A stretch of 64,000 nucleotides of DNA from assembly GCA_965602015.1 (NCBI GenBank), contig OZ271918.1:3805487-3869486 (forward strand), written 5' to 3'. The stretch is from Salinispira sp. (GTDB lineage Bacteria > Spirochaetota > Spirochaetia > DSM-27196 > Salinispiraceae). Shown here in pieces: positions 40,271 through 50,653 of this stretch. The notes under the pieces were generated by a model, which was not told where the DNA came from, did not search any database, and worked only from the letters and a program-made list of their open reading frames with translations. Positions within the stretch are counted from its first letter, which is position 1. Every line of letters begins with the position of its first letter. Position numbers and translations under genes: made by a program.

Positions 40271-40775
40271 TTCAACTACCATTTGAACTTGAGTTCCAGA
40301 AAGATTTGAAAAAAACAGAATGGAGCGAGTATACGTCTCAAATTTTCCTGTTGTCGAAAAAAGAGGAAACATTTCCCAAAACTGTAAGATTTCCTTGCTT
40401 AAGATTCAAAAACGTTTGAATCGTATGAAGTTCAGTATTACTTGTCTTCAGTTTTTAGTTTCGGTTTGCATAATCCGAAGGATTGCGATGCTTTTTTTAC
40501 CAACCTGCTTATACGAGTAACAATGAGCCTTTGTTCATGTCTCAAGATGAATAAAAAGTTCTGCTCTCAACCGATAAACTCTTTCTTAATCGAGTTTACT
40601 GACCAGATTAAAAAGCCCCTTAGACGTGTCGTTCGTATTAGGAGTCGCGAATTACTTTTACTTAAATATATTGATCTTCTTCTTATGTTTAGTAGGATTC
40701 TCCTGAATTTTACCGTTACTTCCTGCAAAATGGACACCAATTAGCTAATAATAGCGGAGCAAAAAGGAATTCAAA

Positions 40776-42464
40776 TTGATAATAGAGTCATACAAAATTC
40801 ATAACCACAAAAAAGACTGTTTTGAAATTAGCGCAGACAAAGAACTTTACAACGAGATCGTCGAAGATATGGTGCTGAATTCTGGAAATTTCTCACCAAG
40901 ATCTGTATGGCATAAGTTGGAAGACGCCAGTGATCCTTCTACCTATGAATCAGGCGCTGTTAGATATAAAGATGAAATTCTGAGTGAGCATGAAGTTCGA
41001 TTAACAGCTAGAAATCTGATTGATCGTTACCCACACCTTTCTGATTTGCTAGATAGTTGGATAGGTCCGCGGGGAAAAAGGGAAGAATTTGATGAAAAAG
41101 TCGTGTCAAAATTTCTGAGCTATAGTAAAACAGTTAGTGGGGATTTTATACAAGAATATAATAAATCTCAATCATATAAAATATTTGTTGATCATCTGAC
41201 AATTTCGGAAATAGGTATAATAAATGAGTTATTTAAAGAAAAATGTAAAGTAAAAATATTGGAAGTCGGAGGGGGGTATGGCAGGTTATGTGAATGCATT
41301 ATGAATGTGTTCAAAGGTCAAGTGACGTATATTTTGGCAGATTCTGTACCAATCTCGCTGATGTATAGTTACTTGTACTTAACAAAAATGCTGCCTGATT
41401 TCAATATTGGGATATACTACATTGATGAAGGTAAGGATTTTTTAGAATACGACTGCTACATTATGCCGACTTGGAAAATGGAAACTATTTTTGATAATAA
41501 TGGAATGAAAGTTGATTTGTCTATCAATATTCAGAGTATGCAGGAAATGTCTCAATGGCATGTAGATTATTTCTTAACCTTTTTCGATAAGTACTCGGAC
41601 CCGGGTTCATATATTTATTTGAATAATAATGAAGAATATATATTCTTGGGAAATTGGAACATACCACCTAATTGGAAAATGATGTTTCGTCATCAGACTC
41701 CTTGGTCTTGGTCCGATACATGCCCTACTACCGTGTATTTAAAAGATCGAGAAAATAATGAAGCTTGGAACAGTCTGGCTAGTTATGAGTATCAGGAGAG
41801 TATTGAGTTAAGAAAAAGATTGAAAGAACAAGGTCTGGAGATAAAGCGGCTTTCTCATAACGATGAAGTTATTTCTATGCTTAATAATGATCTATCCGAG
41901 TTGAACAGTGTTCTAAGGATGAGAGATAGTCAGATTGAGATGCTCAAAAATAGCCAAATCGAAATTAATGAAAAAAACAGAATTATAGAGAATGATTTAC
42001 TGAGGCGCGAAGCTCAAATAGCTTCGTTGAAGCAAAATAAGTTAAAGCAAAATGCACAAATATTGCGTCTTCAAGAAAAATTGGCTTTATTGCGGGAATA
42101 TGTAGAGACGAAAGAAAATGAACTTGAAGTTCAAAGCGAGCTGATTTGCGCTTTAGAAATTAGTGAGAAGGAAAAATCTGAAGAGAACGGTTTGCTTCGG
42201 AAACTTTTTGATACTGAAAACACGAGAAATCAGGAAAGCAAAAAAGAGATTGAAACATTAACTCGGAATGTCAATGAACTGAGCTCAATAAGTCTAGAGT
42301 ATAAGAAGACAATAAAAAATTTAGAAAATAAACTAAATGAGAAATCAAAAATTATCTTGGACTTATATCGATCAAATTCATGGAAGATTACAAAACCGTT
42401 ACGAGCTGCAAAAGAATTTGCCATATACATAAAGGATTTATTCGGAAAAAACAATGAAAGTTAG
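40776..42464 (+). CDS. Putative sugar O-methyltransferase with long coiled coil (WbdD-like chain terminator)
   Basis: ILEVGGGYGRL SAM motif, INIQSMQEM, ~200-aa heptad region, SNSWKITKPLR tail. Confidence 0.75.
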   Translation: MIIESYKIHNHKKDCFEISADKELYNEIVEDMVLNSGNFSPRSVWHKLEDASDPSTYESGAVRYKDEILSEHEVRLTARNLIDRYPHLSDLLDSWIGPRGKREEFDEKVVSKFLSYSKTVSGDFIQEYNKSQSYKIFVDHLTISEIGIINELFKEKCKVKILEVGGGYGRLCECIMNVFKGQVTYILADSVPISLMYSYLYLTKMLPDFNIGIYYIDEGKDFLEYDCYIMPTWKMETIFDNNGMKVDLSINIQSMQEMSQWHVDYFLTFFDKYSDPGSYIYLNNNEEYIFLGNWNIPPNWKMMFRHQTPWSWSDTCPTTVYLKDRENNEAWNSLASYEYQESIELRKRLKEQGLEIKRLSHNDEVISMLNNDLSELNSVLRMRDSQIEMLKNSQIEINEKNRIIENDLLRREAQIASLKQNKLKQNAQILRLQEKLALLREYVETKENELEVQSELICALEISEKEKSEENGLLRKLFDTENTRNQESKKEIETLTRNVNELSSISLEYKKTIKNLENKLNEKSKIILDLYRSNSWKITKPLRAAKEFAIYIKDLFGKNNES

Positions 42465-45132
42465 AAAAATTTCTTCCACAGCTGAGACCCAAAAAGCGTT
42501 AGTTAGTGTGATTGTTCTAAATTACAATCACAAGGATACTATAATTGCTACCTTAGACAGCATCAAAGTCCAAACATACAACAATATTGAGCTGATTATT
42601 ACAGACGATAACTCCACTGATGATTCAATGAACCTTGTCGAATCCTGGGTTGAGAGAAATAAAAAATACTTCAAAGATGTAAAGATCATTTATTCTGAGA
42701 AGAATACAGGAGTATCTGGAAACTGTAATCGTGGGGTGCGCATTTCAAAGGGTCACTATGTAAAGCTGATTGCAGCAGATGATATGCTCTGTGATTTTTA
42801 CCTTGAAAAAATGATGATAGGGATAAAAGATAATGATCTGGCATTTTGCTACGTGTGTATGTTTACAAATGAAAATGATTTAAAGTTAGCTCCAGAAGAA
42901 TTGGATCATGCTCCCACATCACTTGATACGTATACTTTATCACCCAGACAACTCTACAAAAAGCAGTTAATGAGAAATGATTTTAATGCTCCTGCAGCTT
43001 TGATTAAACGAACAGTTTTTGATGAAGTTTGTTACTTCGATGAAAACTATCCCATGATGGAAGATTTGCCATTTTGGTTGAGTTGTGTGAAAGCAAAAAA
43101 GAAAATTGTTTTTGTTGAAATATATGGTGTGCTTTATAGAAGGAGTCCTAAAAGTATATCGCTGGGAGTTTCTCCATATGCAAATGGAGAGCAAAGTAGT
43201 ACGCAGGCAAGATTTAAATCTGACTTTGATCGATTCATGAAAGTTCGACGCAGAAAAATGATAAAAAATCTTATGTTTAGGCAAATGTATTTTTCTTTTG
43301 GTGAACAGTTTTTCAAACGGATTACGACGAAGTATCAAAAGCATGAAAAAATAAAGAAAATCATATCAAAATATCTTGTGGTTTTTGCACCATTTGCAAT
43401 GTTGTCTAGGAGAAGTAACCGTATAGACAGACGAATAGAGCAAAAAAGAAAGAAAGAAGAACGTAGTTACAGACTCAAGTTGTCGCTCCTGGATTTAGAA
43501 AAGCAATATAAAGATGATCTATTCGCTGCCAAAAGATCGCTTATGTTTAGATTAAGAGCTTTTCCATTAACCAAAAATGATAAACTCCGAATAAAAAAAA
43601 TAAAGAAAGACTACATTTCAAAGAAAAAAAATATTCTCCATAAGCACGCAAGAAGAAAGAATAAAGTAATCAGCTATTTATATACCTGGCATCAAATAGT
43701 GCTTAGATTCGTAGAAAAAATGAGTCTAAAGGGAATCCCGATATTTTTTAGGTATGTAGTGTTGGTTCTTTCACCGATTGCAATTTTTGAAAAGTTGAAC
43801 AAAGCAAGAAATGTGAACTGCAAGACTGATTGTGATACTGAGGCCATTAATACCAAACTAAGATTTAGATTCAAAAATGAGCCTTCATACAAAGATGATG
43901 AACTGAGCAAAAAAGACTGGGAAAGCGTTTTTAATCGGGAGATCCTACTTCAATATGAATATCAAAATAAAAAGAAAATTGGCAAAAAAATAAAAATACT
44001 TTTTATTGTCCACCTAAAAATGTGCTTCTCTTCATATGAAAGTATTTATCTCGCTATGAAAAAAGCTAAGAAAATATCTGCTTCTTTTTTAATAGTTCCT
44101 AAAAAGCAACCAGGTATGAATCCATTTTTTGAGTATGATGAAGGATTAATAGAGTACATCGATGGATCAGGTTATGATTATGAAATTGGCTACGAAAACC
44201 ATTCATGGAAAAGTATTTTCGACTTCAATCCTGATGGAATTTTCTATCAGACTCCATATAATTTCCAAATACCTGCAGTCTACTCATATGATCTTAGGTT
44301 TGCTTTTCCCAATATATTCTATACACCTTATGGGCCATGGGTTATGGATAAAAGTGTAAAGAAATTTATCGAAGCTGGTATAGAACCGGAACTTTTTGAC
44401 AATTGCTATAAGGTATTTATGGATAAATTCAGTTTGGAAATGCTTGAACACGCAGCACCAAAATACTCACAGAAGTGTGTAATCTCAGGTTCTCCAAAGG
44501 TTGACTTTTATAAAAGTAACTTCATCAAGGATACTTATTGTTGGAGAAATAAAGAATCAAATAATAGAAAAAAAGTTATTTGGATGCCCAGATGGGGATT
44601 GGCTGAGGGACGATCATCATTTCCAGATTATTATAAGTATTTCGAAAATTTGGTAAATGAGAAAAAGATTGAGTTTGTAATGCGTCCTCATCCATTTCTT
44701 TGGGGTGATTTAATTGCAACAAAATATTTTTCTCAAAAAGAACATAAAAAGATGGTAGAGAGTTTTACTAGCCCATTCAACTCCAACATTGATTATGGCA
44801 TTGACTACAGAGAAGGACTCCTAAGCTGTGATTTTCTTGTCATGGATTTTAGCTCGATTGTTTATGAGTTTTTACCTACTGGGAAACCAATAATATATAC
44901 GAAGAAAGACAATACATTGCTCGATTCTCGTATATCAGACGCGTGTTATATTGTTAGCAATCAGAACGAGCTAGAAGCAACTGTTGATATGTTGTTATTA
45001 GGCGATGATCCTCTGAAGCAGAAGCGGCAAAATATAATCAAGGATCTAGAATTTTTTCCTCACAACAATAAAACAAATGGTTCCTTCATTACAGATTTTA
45101 TCATAAAGGAATACGAATCAGGCATGAAATGA
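42454..45132 (+). CDS. GT2 glycosyltransferase fused to a C-terminal TagF-like/GT-B domain
   Basis: VSVIVLNYN, DDNSTD, AADD, EDLPFW; C-terminal GSPKVD, WMPRW, MRPHP, DFSS..YEF..TGKP. Confidence 0.78.
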   Translation: MKVRKISSTAETQKALVSVIVLNYNHKDTIIATLDSIKVQTYNNIELIITDDNSTDDSMNLVESWVERNKKYFKDVKIIYSEKNTGVSGNCNRGVRISKGHYVKLIAADDMLCDFYLEKMMIGIKDNDLAFCYVCMFTNENDLKLAPEELDHAPTSLDTYTLSPRQLYKKQLMRNDFNAPAALIKRTVFDEVCYFDENYPMMEDLPFWLSCVKAKKKIVFVEIYGVLYRRSPKSISLGVSPYANGEQSSTQARFKSDFDRFMKVRRRKMIKNLMFRQMYFSFGEQFFKRITTKYQKHEKIKKIISKYLVVFAPFAMLSRRSNRIDRRIEQKRKKEERSYRLKLSLLDLEKQYKDDLFAAKRSLMFRLRAFPLTKNDKLRIKKIKKDYISKKKNILHKHARRKNKVISYLYTWHQIVLRFVEKMSLKGIPIFFRYVVLVLSPIAIFEKLNKARNVNCKTDCDTEAINTKLRFRFKNEPSYKDDELSKKDWESVFNREILLQYEYQNKKKIGKKIKILFIVHLKMCFSSYESIYLAMKKAKKISASFLIVPKKQPGMNPFFEYDEGLIEYIDGSGYDYEIGYENHSWKSIFDFNPDGIFYQTPYNFQIPAVYSYDLRFAFPNIFYTPYGPWVMDKSVKKFIEAGIEPELFDNCYKVFMDKFSLEMLEHAAPKYSQKCVISGSPKVDFYKSNFIKDTYCWRNKESNNRKKVIWMPRWGLAEGRSSFPDYYKYFENLVNEKKIEFVMRPHPFLWGDLIATKYFSQKEHKKMVESFTSPFNSNIDYGIDYREGLLSCDFLVMDFSSIVYEFLPTGKPIIYTKKDNTLLDSRISDACYIVSNQNELEATVDMLLLGDDPLKQKRQNIIKDLEFFPHNNKTNGSFITDFIIKEYESGMK

Positions 45133-45309
45133 TGGCATTGATCATTTCTTTCGAATTCATTATTTCATTATAGGGAACTATAACCCATTTGATACCCAAT
45201 CTAGTTTAACAGCAAAACGATTAGCATTTCGAATGTCTATGGCATTACTTATAGTACTAGCATTTGGTTATAGCCAATATTGTAGAATATACTTTTTTTT
45301 AAGGGTGTA

Positions 45310-46287
45310 ATTATTCAAAAAGCGGACCTTATAACAGTAGTTACTCTTTGCTATAACAGCGAACACTTAATAGAAACTGTAAAATCTGTGGTAGAGCAGA
45401 CTTATCCAAATATCGAGTATATTATTGCTGATGATTGTTCTGCTAATATCACGCAGAAGGACATACAGTTAATCAGCGATTATGTTAATAAGTCGCATAT
45501 AAAAACGTATAAGTTTATCAAGCAAAAAGAAAATTTAGGTACTGTAAAGAATCTAAATAGTGCACTACGAATCGCTACAGGTGATTATGTTTTTTTATTA
45601 TCAGCTGATGACATATTTCATAATAAAAATGTATTGAAAGATTGGGTAGGTGTTTTCCAAAAAACTGGTGCTAATGTCATTACCGCTTATCGTGAATTAT
45701 ATGATGGTGACATGAAAGATGTCATAGGTGTAACTCCAAATCTGAGGCAAGCAAAACGAATTAAAACATTTTCCCCCAACCAATTATATCAGGACCTTTG
45801 TCGAGTTAATTATGTATTTGGGTGCGTCACGGCTCGGACAATGAAGAGTTTACAAAAATATGGATTCTTTGATGAGCGTTATCGCGTACTTGAAGATTAT
45901 CCGATGAATCTATATCTCTTACGAATGGGAGAACCTTTGTATTTCTGGGATAATATTGTGGTAAAATCCAGAAACACAGGTATAAGCAATCCTAAGAGAT
46001 TTAACGATATTTATGAAAAAGATTCTGACCTGCTCTACCATCTTGAGCTTTCACGATACGCTGAAGACAAAGAAAAAATCAAAAAGTCATATTCAATTTG
46101 GAAGATTAAACATAAACGCACAGGGGCATATCTATTAGCTAAAGAATCACCCTTGCGATTCTCAAACTATTTTAGACTGTTAACGAAGTATCCGATACTC
46201 TTATTAAAAGATCTTCTTAGTTCCCTACTAATAAGAAGGTTAAAATCCATATACCGGCATTTGAAAAAAACGAGAAAGTCTTCTTGA
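45310..46287 (+). CDS. Glycosyltransferase family 2 (probable ATT start at 45310 or 45313; track start 45388)
   Basis: In-frame LITVVTLCYNS upstream of the track start; DDCS, NLGTVKNLN, SADD, EDYP. Confidence 0.8.
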   Translation: MIQKADLITVVTLCYNSEHLIETVKSVVEQTYPNIEYIIADDCSANITQKDIQLISDYVNKSHIKTYKFIKQKENLGTVKNLNSALRIATGDYVFLLSADDIFHNKNVLKDWVGVFQKTGANVITAYRELYDGDMKDVIGVTPNLRQAKRIKTFSPNQLYQDLCRVNYVFGCVTARTMKSLQKYGFFDERYRVLEDYPMNLYLLRMGEPLYFWDNIVVKSRNTGISNPKRFNDIYEKDSDLLYHLELSRYAEDKEKIKKSYSIWKIKHKRTGAYLLAKESPLRFSNYFRLLTKYPILLLKDLLSSLLIRRLKSIYRHLKKTRKSS

Positions 46288-46362
46288 AAAAATCTAATAT
46301 CACAGAAGTAATTTTAAAACTTGAGTAAGAAATAGTCATGGCGGTAAACAGCAATTCGATGA

Positions 46363-47469
46363 TTACCTTTTGAAAGAATTCACTTTTTCGATTACATATT
46401 TCACATCTTCATCAGACATCACTGGACTCATTGGCAAGCTTAATTCCTCATCATGTATTTGCTCAGTTATGGGATAGGATAAGTGATTCCAATCTTTGTA
46501 GCATTCCTGTTTATGAGGAGGAATCGGATAATGAATGATAGTTTGCACACCATTTTGGACTAAATAATTTTGCAAGTCATCTCTACTAGCGCAACGAATT
46601 GCATAAATATGGAAGACGTGAGCATCCCAGTCATTAATAATAGGCAAAACTATTTCTGGATTGGTTATTTCATTTATATATCTTCTCGCAACACTTTTTC
46701 GTAGTTCAATGTCTTCATCAAGATGAAGTAGTTTCACATTCAAAATAGCAGCTTGTATTTCGTCCAAGCGACTATTTCGGCCTTGATATTTGAACTCATA
46801 TTTCTTGTTTGAGCCGTAGTTTGCGAGAGAGCAAATAACAGTCTTTAACTCATCATCATCTGTAGTAACTGCCCCAGCATCGCCTAAAGCACCGAGATTT
46901 TTTCCAGGATAAAAACTATGCCCTGCGGCATCTCCTATGGCACCAGTTTTTTTGCCAGAAAATAAACAGCCATGAGCTTGAGCATTGTCTTCTACCAATT
47001 TCAATCTGTATTTCGAGCATATTTGGCCAATTTTATCTGTATATGCACATTGACCATAGAGATGAACAATCAAAATTGCTTTTGTTTTAGGGGTAATCGC
47101 CTCTTCAATTTTATTCTCGTCAATTTGATATGTTTTGAGATTGGGCTCAATCAAAACAGGTACCAAATTATTGTCAGTGATAGCCAGGATTGAGGCAATA
47201 TACGTATTTGCTGGAACAATTACTTCATCGCCTGGTTTCATTATTCCCATAACTATATAAGCACGAAAAATCCAGAACAGTGCGTCTAATCCATTAGCTA
47301 CGCCAATCGCATGTTTGGTTCCAATGTAGTCTGAGTAATTTTTTTCAAACTGCTCATTTTCTTTTCCTTGTATGTACCAACCGGAATCAATGACCCGCCC
47401 TACAGCTGCAATAATTTCTTCTCTGTACTTGCCCGTAATTTTTTTTAGCGATAAAAATGGTATTTGCAT
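46363..47469 (-). CDS. fdtB: DegT/DnrJ PLP aminotransferase (FdtB/QdtB-like)
   Basis: [45 protein letters not shown]. Confidence 0.88.
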   Translation of the reverse strand: MQIPFLSLKKITGKYREEIIAAVGRVIDSGWYIQGKENEQFEKNYSDYIGTKHAIGVANGLDALFWIFRAYIVMGIMKPGDEVIVPANTYIASILAITDNNLVPVLIEPNLKTYQIDENKIEEAITPKTKAILIVHLYGQCAYTDKIGQICSKYRLKLVEDNAQAHGCLFSGKKTGAIGDAAGHSFYPGKNLGALGDAGAVTTDDDELKTVICSLANYGSNKKYEFKYQGRNSRLDEIQAAILNVKLLHLDEDIELRKSVARRYINEITNPEIVLPIINDWDAHVFHIYAIRCASRDDLQNYLVQNGVQTIIHYPIPPHKQECYKDWNHLSYPITEQIHDEELSLPMSPVMSDEDVKYVIEKVNSFKR

Positions 47470-47472
47470 TAT

Positions 47473-47994
47473 TTAATCCTCTAATTCATGTGCATTTCCG
47501 TCTGCATCTTTCATATATATATCCAGCTGGATACCACTGCGAGTAATAAACCCATGTTGTTTTGCCGGATTTCCATACCAGACGGTGTTAGGAGGCACTG
47601 ATTTTGTCACAACACTACCGGCTCCAATTAATGAATACTCACCAATTAAATTTCCCGCTATGATAGTCACATTGGCACCGATTGAAGCGCCTTTTTTAAT
47701 TACTGTTTTTGCGAGATTCCAGTGTGAAGATTTTGATCTAGGTATCAAATCATTGGTAAAAGTAGCATTAGGACCAATAAAAACATCATCCTCAACTGTT
47801 ATACCGTTCCACAGCTGTACTCCTGATTTAACGGTGACATTATCACCGATTAATACTTCATCTTCAATGAGAACGTGTGAACAGATATTGCAATTATCGC
47901 CTATAACAGCTTTCTCAAAGATAACGCAATATTGCCATACTTTGGTGTTCGAGCCTATCTTTGCTGTTTTCACATCTGATAATGGGTGTATCAT
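47473..47994 (-). CDS. Hexapeptide-repeat N-acyltransferase (FdtC/QdtC/WxcM-like)
   Basis: MIHPLSDV, hexapeptide repeats, FTND..PRS, GAGSVVTK, GNPA. Confidence 0.88.
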   Translation of the reverse strand: MIHPLSDVKTAKIGSNTKVWQYCVIFEKAVIGDNCNICSHVLIEDEVLIGDNVTVKSGVQLWNGITVEDDVFIGPNATFTNDLIPRSKSSHWNLAKTVIKKGASIGANVTIIAGNLIGEYSLIGAGSVVTKSVPPNTVWYGNPAKQHGFITRSGIQLDIYMKDADGNAHELED

Positions 47995-47995
47995 T

Positions 47996-48415
47996 TCAAT
48001 TCGCAGCCTTATATGAAATAAATTCTTTATAGTCCCTAATATAATCTCGCTCATCATATTTTTGAGAGGCTAGTACGAGGCAGACTGATCCTGAGGAGAA
48101 GTTGGTTAAATCCCGCCATATCCCTGGGGTGATAAGCAAGCCATTGGAAGGTTGTTTGAGGGTAAATGTTTGCTTGTTAACTCCATCATCTAATACAACA
48201 TCAAAACTCCCATGTGCTGCAATGATAAGTTGCCTTAATTCTATGTGGGCATGTCCTCCCCTGGTTTCTCCTACGGGTACTTCATATAAGTAATAAACTC
48301 GTCGTACATTAAATGGTATTGTCTTGGAATTTTCTATTACTTGTAAATTAACCTCTCCATGATTTTGCGCGGTCAGTTCACGAATGGTGCAATCATAAAC
48401 AGTCGATTTTATCAT
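47996..48415 (-). CDS. fdtA: dTDP-4-keto-6-deoxyglucose 3,4-ketoisomerase (FdtA/QdtA cupin)
   Basis: IPFNVRRVYYLY, RGGHAH, GSFDVVLDDG, CLVLAS..YDERDYIRDY. Confidence 0.88.
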   Translation of the reverse strand: MIKSTVYDCTIRELTAQNHGEVNLQVIENSKTIPFNVRRVYYLYEVPVGETRGGHAHIELRQLIIAAHGSFDVVLDDGVNKQTFTLKQPSNGLLITPGIWRDLTNFSSGSVCLVLASQKYDERDYIRDYKEFISYKAAN

Positions 48416-48456
48416 TTTTCTACTTCACTATTAACCAATATTTTTCTTACAGTCTA

Positions 48457-48801
48457 CTATATAGACGCTAAAATGAGGGCAAGAGAACCCTCTGAAAAGT
48501 TCAATATTTTACGATGATAATGACCCGGGACGTATAGACCTTTGTCTGGTCGATTTAGCTTATATAGTGTGTTGTCCTTCCCATCATCAAGTGCTACTTC
48601 AAAACTACCAGATAGGGCCACGATGAACAGTTCATTTACTTCGTCCTCGAGGTCAATGTGGGTTAGGTCACCTGGAACATCATATACCCAATATGTTCGT
48701 TGGATTCTAAATGGAACATGTGTCTCCTCTTCGATAAACGAAAGATTTCCGCGATTATCGAAAAATTTAGGTAATGCGATTATTTGTGGTTCAGTTTTCA
48801 G
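48457..48801 (-). CDS. Second, degenerate FdtA-like cupin (non-canonical start; possibly pseudogene)
   Basis: Manual translation: (L)KTEPQIIALPKFFDNRGNLSFIEEETHVPFRIQRTYWVYDVPG...ALSGSFEVALDDG...NFSEGSLALILASI*. AAGGA RBS 8 nt before CTG. Absent from the ORF track. Confidence 0.8.
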   Translation of the reverse strand: MKTEPQIIALPKFFDNRGNLSFIEEETHVPFRIQRTYWVYDVPGDLTHIDLEDEVNELFIVALSGSFEVALDDGKDNTLYKLNRPDKGLYVPGHYHRKILNFSEGSLALILASI

Positions 48802-49017
48802 TATTTAGGTCCTTTCGAATCCATTATGATATTTTCCTGGAATGTACTCAGCAATCTTCATCTTAATCTCACATTATTTAGCAATCATATCAATAGATCA
48901 ATGTGTACTCGTTACGGATAGGGTACTCTTAGCTCTTCTGATTGTAAGCTTAGTAAATTAGCTGTTACTTTTATCAATGATTTCGCCCTAAGCTTGGATA
49001 GTTAACTGCTTCTTAGT

Positions 49018-49692
49018 TTAATAATTGCTGCGATTCTTCAGGAAGTTTTCGACAAGCACAAAGTCCTCTTCTTCATCAATTTCAAACGATTCATTTTTTG
49101 GAGTTTCAAATAAGTAAGGCTTCTCTCCTATTCTGCTTTTGGATTTTTTAAATGTATTTCTGGAAAAAATAAATAGATTGGAATTTTCCTCCATAACCGG
49201 TTCCATATCTTGCGTTCTTAGCATTTTTCCGAGTTCATGATTGATAGGCTTACCATCCCTCCAATAACATCTAGATTGAATCCTGTTAACTGAGAATAAT
49301 GAGTCACATTGATCTAATCTAGAAAAATATTCAAAAATAGCGTTATTAATTGTAGCTATTGACAATAATGGATTCGTCGTGTGTGTTTGGAGGAAATGCT
49401 CGTGATCGTTGCACTTTTCAATATCGTAGTTAATTATATGGTTCATGGGAACTAAATCACCGCAAATACTTCCCGGACGCAAATAAGCTGTAACCTCAGG
49501 GTATAGAGATCGTAGTTCAGAAATAAAATCGTTACTATCTGTGTTGATAACAACTCGAGAAATAAGTTTCGATTGAGTCAATGTATTGAGAATCCACTGG
49601 TATAGGGGCTTACCATTTATTAGTCGGAAATTTTTGCCAGGAACCCGTTCGGAGTGCGCTTTAATTGGCAATAGTGCAACAACTTTAGTCAT
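49018..49692 (-). CDS. Acylneuraminate/ulosonate cytidylyltransferase family protein
   Basis: PIKAHSERVPGKN, THTTNPL, RTQD, EIDEEEDF. Confidence 0.85.
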   Translation of the reverse strand: MTKVVALLPIKAHSERVPGKNFRLINGKPLYQWILNTLTQSKLISRVVINTDSNDFISELRSLYPEVTAYLRPGSICGDLVPMNHIINYDIEKCNDHEHFLQTHTTNPLLSIATINNAIFEYFSRLDQCDSLFSVNRIQSRCYWRDGKPINHELGKMLRTQDMEPVMEENSNLFIFSRNTFKKSKSRIGEKPYLFETPKNESFEIDEEEDFVLVENFLKNRSNY

Positions 49693-49776
49693 GAATAAAA
49701 ATCCTTTCTTGGAATCATCATTTGATTCACGAAGAAATCAGTATATAAAAAGCTTCTCTAATCTTTGGCTCAAGTT

Positions 49777-50643
49777 TTAAGCATTAGCGAGTTTAATGAG
49801 ATATTCACCATATTTCGATTTCTTTAGTCCGTTTGCTAACTCTAGCAATTGATCCCTAGCTATAAAGCCCATCCTGTAGGCAATTTCCTCTATGCAAGCA
49901 ATTTTCAAGTTCTGTCTATCTTCAATCGCTTTGACATACATTGTGGCATCTGCAAGCGCATCGTGGGTTCCTGTATCCAACCATGCTATACCGCGCCCCA
50001 TCAGGTCCACTTGCAGTTCACCCATTTCGAGATAGGTACGATTCAGGTCAGTAATTTCCAGTTCGCCTCTGATAGAAGGTTTTAGATTCTTTACCAGGTT
50101 CACTACTTTGTTATCATAGTAATAAAGACCAACTACAGCATAATTCGACTTTGGTTTTGTGGGTTTCTCTACGAGAGAAAGAACCTTCCCGCTTTCATCG
50201 AAATCGACAACTCCGTAACGCTCCGGATCGGCCACATAATACCCAAATACTTTGGCCCCTTTCTTCAACTTTGCTGCGTTTTGTAAAATTGCTGCGAGTC
50301 CGTGTCCATAAAAAATATTATCACCTAGCACAAGGCAGACTTCGTCATCTCCAATGAAGCTCTCACCTAGCACGAAGGCTTCAGCTAGCCCATTTGGCTT
50401 TTCCTGGACTGTATAAGACAATCTCAATCCGAGCTGAGATCCATCTCCAAACAGACCCTCAAAACGGGGCAGATCTTCAGGAGTCGATATAATAAGAATA
50501 TCTTTAATTCCTGAAAGCATCAGTGTTGACAAGGGGTAATAAATCATGGGTTTGTCATAAACAGGCAATAACTGTTTGCAAATCGCCACTGTTGAGGGAT
50601 AAAGCCTGGTCCCGCTTCCTCCCGCCAAAATTATTCCTTTCAT
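49777..50643 (-). CDS. rfbA: Glucose-1-phosphate thymidylyltransferase
   Basis: [46 protein letters not shown]. Confidence 0.97.
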   Translation of the reverse strand: MKGIILAGGSGTRLYPSTVAICKQLLPVYDKPMIYYPLSTLMLSGIKDILIISTPEDLPRFEGLFGDGSQLGLRLSYTVQEKPNGLAEAFVLGESFIGDDEVCLVLGDNIFYGHGLAAILQNAAKLKKGAKVFGYYVADPERYGVVDFDESGKVLSLVEKPTKPKSNYAVVGLYYYDNKVVNLVKNLKPSIRGELEITDLNRTYLEMGELQVDLMGRGIAWLDTGTHDALADATMYVKAIEDRQNLKIACIEEIAYRMGFIARDQLLELANGLKKSKYGEYLIKLANA

Positions 50644-50653
50644 TTTGGATCCT

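Noticed and set aside
40271..40775. Short ORFs or IS remnant in a 500-bp gap
   Set aside because: No recognisable motif, RBS or inverted repeats on either strand.
48542..48808. 88-aa plus-strand ORF
   Set aside because: Shadow of the minus-strand FdtA-like frame.
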